A stretch of 64,000 bases of DNA from an uncultured Bacteroidia bacterium (GTDB taxonomy: Bacteria; Bacteroidota; Bacteroidia; JAIBAJ01). The position numbers were made by a program, and so were the translations under genes. Shown in pieces: positions 59,410 through 64,000 of this stretch; positions within the stretch are counted from its first letter, which is position 1; each line of letters opens with the position of its first letter. The stretch lies in NCBI GenBank assembly GCA_965284645.1, contig OZ260106.1, positions 3,979,160-4,043,159 on the forward strand. The letters are read 5' to 3'. Under the pieces are notes generated by a model, which was not told the DNA's origin, did no database searches, and saw only the letters and a program-made list of their open reading frames with translations.

Positions 59410-62400
59410 ATGTTAAAAAACTCTTTATTTTCACCCCCAAATCCAAAGCTAATCGCCTTGAAAAAAGTTTTACAACTATCGATTTTTCTACTTTCTATCC
59501 TATTTAGTAGTAATATTTTAGCCTCCCACATTGTTGGAGGGGAAATAAACTACACCTACCTTGGAGGAAATCAATATCAGATTGCTATTACCCTCTATAG
59601 AGATTGCAATAGCACCACTGATTTTGATGACCCAGCCGCTGTTGGAATTTTTGATGGAAATGGAAATTTGGTACAAACCATTGATATTAATCTTGGTGCT
59701 GTTAACCAGATTAATGCTTCGATTAATAATCCTTGTATTACTCCACCTTCTAGTGTTTGTACTGAGGTAACTACCTACACTACAACAGTAACCCTTCCGC
59801 CAAACGGAAATGGATATCAAATCGTTTATCAAAGGTGTTGTAGAAATGCTGTAATAGATAACATCCAAGATCCGAGCAATACTGGGGCTACCTATGTTGC
59901 TGTAATTCCTGGAGTTGCTCCTCTAAATAATAATAGCAACCCTACCTTTAACAACCTTCCTCCCTTGTTTATTTGTGCTGGAACACCATTTACCTTTAAC
60001 CATGCAGCTACCGATTCAGATGGAGATTCTTTAGTTTATTCTTTAACCACCCCATTTGAAGGTGCCGATGCAGTTAATCCTCAGCCCAACACACCTTCAA
60101 CACCTCCTTATACAAATATTACTTGGCAAGCGCCTTATTCCCAAAACAATATGTTTGGGGGCGTACCATTAACCATTGATGCCCAAACAGGCGTTATTAC
60201 CTGTACTCCAAATACCCAAGGAACCTTTGTTTATGCCGTTCAGGTTGCTGAATACCGTAATGGTGTCCTTATTGGATTTACAAAAAGGGAATACCAATTA
60301 ACTGTGACCAATTGTAATAATCCTACTGTAGCTGGATTTGGTTTAACAAATGCTTCTGGTGGAGTTGGCTATTCAACCTGTTCCTCTAATGTTGTTTTTA
60401 ACAATACTAGCTCAAATGCAACATCCTATTCTTGGGACTTTGGAGATCCTACAACCACATCAGATGTTTCAACCAGCCAAAATCCAACCTATACCTATCC
60501 GGCTCAAGGAACCTACAATGTAACACTTATTGCTATTTCTTCCAATTGTAGCGATACTATTAACATACCTGTAACCATCACTGGAAATATTTCAGTTTCA
60601 GCCGGTGCAGATTTAACGGCTTGTCCAGGAAATTCAGTGCAATTAAATGCAACTGGCGCTACAACCTATTCTTGGTCACCAACTACAGGTATATCGAATC
60701 CAAATATTGCTAACCCTACTGCTTCTCCTGCAACAACAACTTCCTATGTTGTTACAGGAACTGATGCTAGTGGATGTACTGGCACCGACACCGTTGTGGT
60801 TACCATAGGAACCATAAATGTATCTGGAGGTTCGGACCAAACCGTTTGTAATGGCAGCTGTGTTCAACTTACAGGGTCAGGCGCTACAACTTATGCTTGG
60901 AGTCCAAGTTCTGGTTTAACTGGAGCCAATACAGCCACTCCCACTGCTTGTCCGACGGTTACCACCACTTATGTTGTTACCGGAACAAGCAATGGTTGCA
61001 CTGGAACCGACACGGTAACTGTTTTTGTAACTACACCACCCAATATTAATGCAGGAAACGATACAACGATTTGCCCGGGTGGAACTGCCCAACTCTTTGC
61101 AAACGGTGGGCTTTCCTACAATTGGAGTCCTTCCACAGGGCTGTCGAACCCCAACATCGCTAACCCAACGGCTTCACCAACTACCACAACAACCTATACT
61201 GTAACGGTTACAGCTCCATCGGGAAACGTTGTTGTAAACGGAGATTTTTCTAGTGGAAATACGGGCTTTTCAAGTGGCTATGTTAATAATAGTAACCTTC
61301 AACCAGAAGGAAGATACTTTATTACCAACGATGCATCTAACAATCATCCTAATTTCGTAGGGGTAGACCATACAACAGGCTCAGGCAACTTTATGGCCGT
61401 AAATGGTTCAGGAACTCCCAATAACGATGTTTGGTGCCAAACTGTAAATGTTACTCCTAATACTGTTTATGCCTTCAGCACTTGGGTTAGTACACTTGCT
61501 CCTGGAAATACTGCAGCTTTGCAATTTAGTATTAATGGTGTTCAGTTGGGTAATATTTTTAATGCTCCCTCTTCCTTAAACACTTGGAACCAATTCTTCC
61601 AAACCTGGAATTCGGGCACGAATACAACAGCTACCATTTGTATCGTAAACCAAAATACAAGCTTAGGTGGAAATGATTTTGGATTAGATGATATTACCTT
61701 CTCACCAACTTGTACGGCTACGGCCCAAGTTACCGTAACAGTTGGATCTGTTGGAGCAATCAACGCAGGTCCAGACCAACAAGTTTGTGCTGGAGCCAGT
61801 GTGCAGCTGAATGCTACCGGCGGACAGAACTATAGCTGGAGCCCTGCTACCGATCTTTCGTCTACCACGATTGCCAACCCCATTTCTACACCGGCCAATA
61901 CCATTACCTATGTGGTTAGCGGAACCGACACCTTGGGTTGTTCGGCCTCCGATACGGTTCAGGTTACAGTAAATCCCCTGCCTACGGTTTCTGCCGGTCA
62001 GGACCAAAATATTTGCCTTGGGGATTCAGCCCAGCTTGTTGCTGCAGGCGCTGCAACCTATGTTTGGACACCTGCTACCGGATTATCGTCTGCTACCATA
62101 GCCAATCCTGTGTTTACACCAAGCGCAGCCGGTTCGGTGGTGTTCACCGTTACTGGAACAGACCAAAACGGTTGTACCGATAGCGACAACATCACGGTTT
62201 TAGTTGGTACTCCTCCTACGGCCGTTGTTTCTGGGCCTGTAAGTATCTGTCCGGGCGGTTCTACCCAACTGCTTGCCTCGGGCGGTGTTGGTTACCAATG
62301 GAGCCCAACTACCGGACTTAATGTTCCAAACATTCCAAATCCACTTGCTTCACCTAGCCAAACAACGACGTATACCGTAACCGTTTCTGATATCGCAGGC

Positions 62401-64000
62401 TGTACCGATTCGGCTAGTGTGGTTGTAACAGTGCTTGTTGCTCCTACAGTTAGTGCGGGTCCCGACACAGGTTTCTGTACCGGTGGTTCGCTTCAGCTCG
62501 TTGCAACCGGAGCTAGCAGCTATGCTTGGAGCCCTGCCAACGGACTTTCCAACCCGGCCATTGCCAATCCTGTCGCTTCACCGAACGTTTCAACGGTTTA
62601 TGTGGTAACCGGTACCGCTCCGAACGGTTGTACCGACAGCGATACCATCAGCGTGGACGTTTGGCCAAACCCGAATGCCGATGCCGGTCCTGATCAAACT
62701 GTTTGTATCGGCTCGTTCGTGCAGTTACAGGGCAGCGGAGGACAGACCTATCAATGGAGCCCTGCTGCACCGCTCAACAACGATACCATTTACAACCCTG
62801 TTGGCGTTCTTACTAGTACAACCACCTTTACCCTTATCGTTGGCAACCAATACGGATGTACCGACCAAGACCAGGTAACCATTACCATGCTTCCTGCTCC
62901 GGCCTACAGTGTGGGAACCGATACCTTGATTTGTCCGGGTGGTACCGCCCAACTTTTTGCTACTGCCGTTGGTGCTATTTCCTATGTTTGGAACCCCATC
63001 ACCGGGCTTTCGAACCCTTTCATCGCCAACCCTACCGCCACTCCGCCTTTTACTCAGTTCTATACCGTTAGCATCACCACCTCAACCTGTACTATCAACG
63101 ACAGCGTGACCGTGGTGGTTGACCAGCCCGACTTTGCCAATGCCGGAAGCGATACAGCCTATTGCTTCGGACAGTCGGTACAGCTCGGTGCTACCGGTGG
63201 TGTTTCCTATGAATGGTTCCCTGCCACCGGACTGAACAACCCCAATATCCAGAACCCGATTACCAGTATCGACACCTCCATCGTGTACGGGGTAATCACC
63301 ACAACGGCCATTGGTTGTAATGACACCGACTTTGTCAACATCGTGGTGAATCCCTTGCCAAATGTGGACGCAGGACCCGTTTCCAGTCCAATTTGTGCTG
63401 GAGCTACCGTACTGTTGACCGCCACGGGTGCCAATACCTATCTCTGGAGTCCGGCCGCAGGGTTGTCCAATCCAACTTCCGATATCACGACAGCCGGGCC
63501 TTTGAATGCAAGCCAAACCTTTACCGTAACAGGTACCGACACCTTGGGATGCAGCAACACCGATACCATACAGCTTAACCTGGTACCGAACCCCACAGCC
63601 GATGCCGGTCCCGACACCACCATCTGTTCAGGAGCCAGTGTGCAGCTTAATGCCTCTGGTGGAACCTCCTATGTATGGAACCCAGCCGGTGGACTTTCAT
63701 CGCCCTTTGTGTCCAATCCGATGGCATTCCCCGTAACCTCCACCGAATATTCAGTTACGGTAACCGACAACAACGGATGTTCCGATACCGATACTATTGA
63801 AGTAAACGTGTTCAGTCTGCAAATTGAAGGGGATACCACCATCTGCCAAGGCGATACCGTGGAATTTGTTTTGCCACAGGGAACAAGCTTCGTTTGGGAT
63901 CCAACCATTGGTGTGGGAGGCACCTCAACCGTGGCTCTGCTTTATCCCAATACTTCTACAACCTATACGGTAACCGCTACCAATACCTTGGCCGGTTGTA
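59410..64000 (+). CDS. Giant secreted adhesin, partial (>1530 aa, runs off the window end). It has an N-terminal module shared with the 10222 protein, followed by tandem Ig-like repeats of about 80 aa.
   Basis: Hand-traced frame from the ATG at 59410 (MLKNSLF... signal). The frame was checked at 10 points to 64000 with no shift. At least 19 repeats of the form C.GG...L.A.GA..Y.WSP..GLSNP.IANP.ASP..TTTY.VT.TD..GC.D.D...V. Confidence 0.85.
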   Translation, partial: MLKNSLFSPPNPKLIALKKVLQLSIFLLSILFSSNILASHIVGGEINYTYLGGNQYQIAITLYRDCNSTTDFDDPAAVGIFDGNGNLVQTIDINLGAVNQINASINNPCITPPSSVCTEVTTYTTTVTLPPNGNGYQIVYQRCCRNAVIDNIQDPSNTGATYVAVIPGVAPLNNNSNPTFNNLPPLFICAGTPFTFNHAATDSDGDSLVYSLTTPFEGADAVNPQPNTPSTPPYTNITWQAPYSQNNMFGGVPLTIDAQTGVITCTPNTQGTFVYAVQVAEYRNGVLIGFTKREYQLTVTNCNNPTVAGFGLTNASGGVGYSTCSSNVVFNNTSSNATSYSWDFGDPTTTSDVSTSQNPTYTYPAQGTYNVTLIAISSNCSDTINIPVTITGNISVSAGADLTACPGNSVQLNATGATTYSWSPTTGISNPNIANPTASPATTTSYVVTGTDASGCTGTDTVVVTIGTINVSGGSDQTVCNGSCVQLTGSGATTYAWSPSSGLTGANTATPTACPTVTTTYVVTGTSNGCTGTDTVTVFVTTPPNINAGNDTTICPGGTAQLFANGGLSYNWSPSTGLSNPNIANPTASPTTTTTYTVTVTAPSGNVVVNGDFSSGNTGFSSGYVNNSNLQPEGRYFITNDASNNHPNFVGVDHTTGSGNFMAVNGSGTPNNDVWCQTVNVTPNTVYAFSTWVSTLAPGNTAALQFSINGVQLGNIFNAPSSLNTWNQFFQTWNSGTNTTATICIVNQNTSLGGNDFGLDDITFSPTCTATAQVTVTVGSVGAINAGPDQQVCAGASVQLNATGGQNYSWSPATDLSSTTIANPISTPANTITYVVSGTDTLGCSASDTVQVTVNPLPTVSAGQDQNICLGDSAQLVAAGAATYVWTPATGLSSATIANPVFTPSAAGSVVFTVTGTDQNGCTDSDNITVLVGTPPTAVVSGPVSICPGGSTQLLASGGVGYQWSPTTGLNVPNIPNPLASPSQTTTYTVTVSDIAGCTDSASVVVTVLVAPTVSAGPDTGFCTGGSLQLVATGASSYAWSPANGLSNPAIANPVASPNVSTVYVVTGTAPNGCTDSDTISVDVWPNPNADAGPDQTVCIGSFVQLQGSGGQTYQWSPAAPLNNDTIYNPVGVLTSTTTFTLIVGNQYGCTDQDQVTITMLPAPAYSVGTDTLICPGGTAQLFATAVGAISYVWNPITGLSNPFIANPTATPPFTQFYTVSITTSTCTINDSVTVVVDQPDFANAGSDTAYCFGQSVQLGATGGVSYEWFPATGLNNPNIQNPITSIDTSIVYGVITTTAIGCNDTDFVNIVVNPLPNVDAGPVSSPICAGATVLLTATGANTYLWSPAAGLSNPTSDITTAGPLNASQTFTVTGTDTLGCSNTDTIQLNLVPNPTADAGPDTTICSGASVQLNASGGTSYVWNPAGGLSSPFVSNPMAFPVTSTEYSVTVTDNNGCSDTDTIEVNVFSLQIEGDTTICQGDTVEFVLPQGTSFVWDPTIGVGGTSTVALLYPNTSTTYTVTATNTLAGC

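Noticed and set aside
61542-63923. Cluster of minus-strand ORFs up to 144 aa (61702-62007, 62725-62952, 63082-63516, 63438-63623, 63669-63923) and short plus-strand ORFs
   Set aside because: They are antisense or off-frame artefacts of the GC-rich, stop-poor codon usage in the distal adhesin repeats. The sense frame is continuous and carries the conserved repeat motif.
59580-64000. Highly regular repeats of about 240 bp that might suggest a CRISPR array or satellite
   Set aside because: The repeats are in-frame coding Ig-like domains, conserved at protein level (WSP..GLSNP.IANP...TTTY.VT). They have no short unique spacers or direct-repeat structure.

Overview
The window reads as a Bacteroidetes chromosomal segment (Flavobacteriia- or Cytophagia-like). 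Base composition is roughly 38-40% GC, and several genes carry type IX secretion system (T9SS) sorting domains. Coding is dense, about 55 genes on both strands. Housekeeping genes include a partial phenylacetate-CoA lower pathway (paaG, paaH, paaI), ribBA, CCA tRNA nucleotidyltransferase, phoH, purS, pyrC, era, an initiator-type tRNA-Met and a TonB-ExbB-ExbD energizer. Accessory content includes a peptidase cluster (M1 peptidase, retropepsin-like protease, C26 gamma-glutamyl hydrolase), an alpha-mannosidase pair (GH92 plus GH125) beside an APC permease, a GH1 beta-glucosidase, and an O-antigen/exopolysaccharide biosynthesis locus of about 10 kb (44.1-54.7 kb). There are four T9SS cargo or adhesin genes. 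One is a 1432-aa PKD-repeat protein; another is a >1530-aa tandem Ig-like repeat adhesin truncated at the window end. A collagen-like protein with a phage-tail-fibre S74 chaperone domain is also present. I found no complete, recognisable novel multi-gene system such as a defence island, CRISPR array or prophage. The most unusual content is non-coding: two dispersed repeat families. One is a 161-bp MITE-like element with terminal inverted repeats and copy-specific 5-bp target-site duplications (two full copies and one solo end). The other is a GC-rich intergenic repeat of about 150-220 bp with six copies, arranged twice as outward-facing inverted pairs. One of those pairs brackets a short beta-carbonic-anhydrase-like gene. 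Every assignment here rests on reading motifs by eye; no database search was possible.
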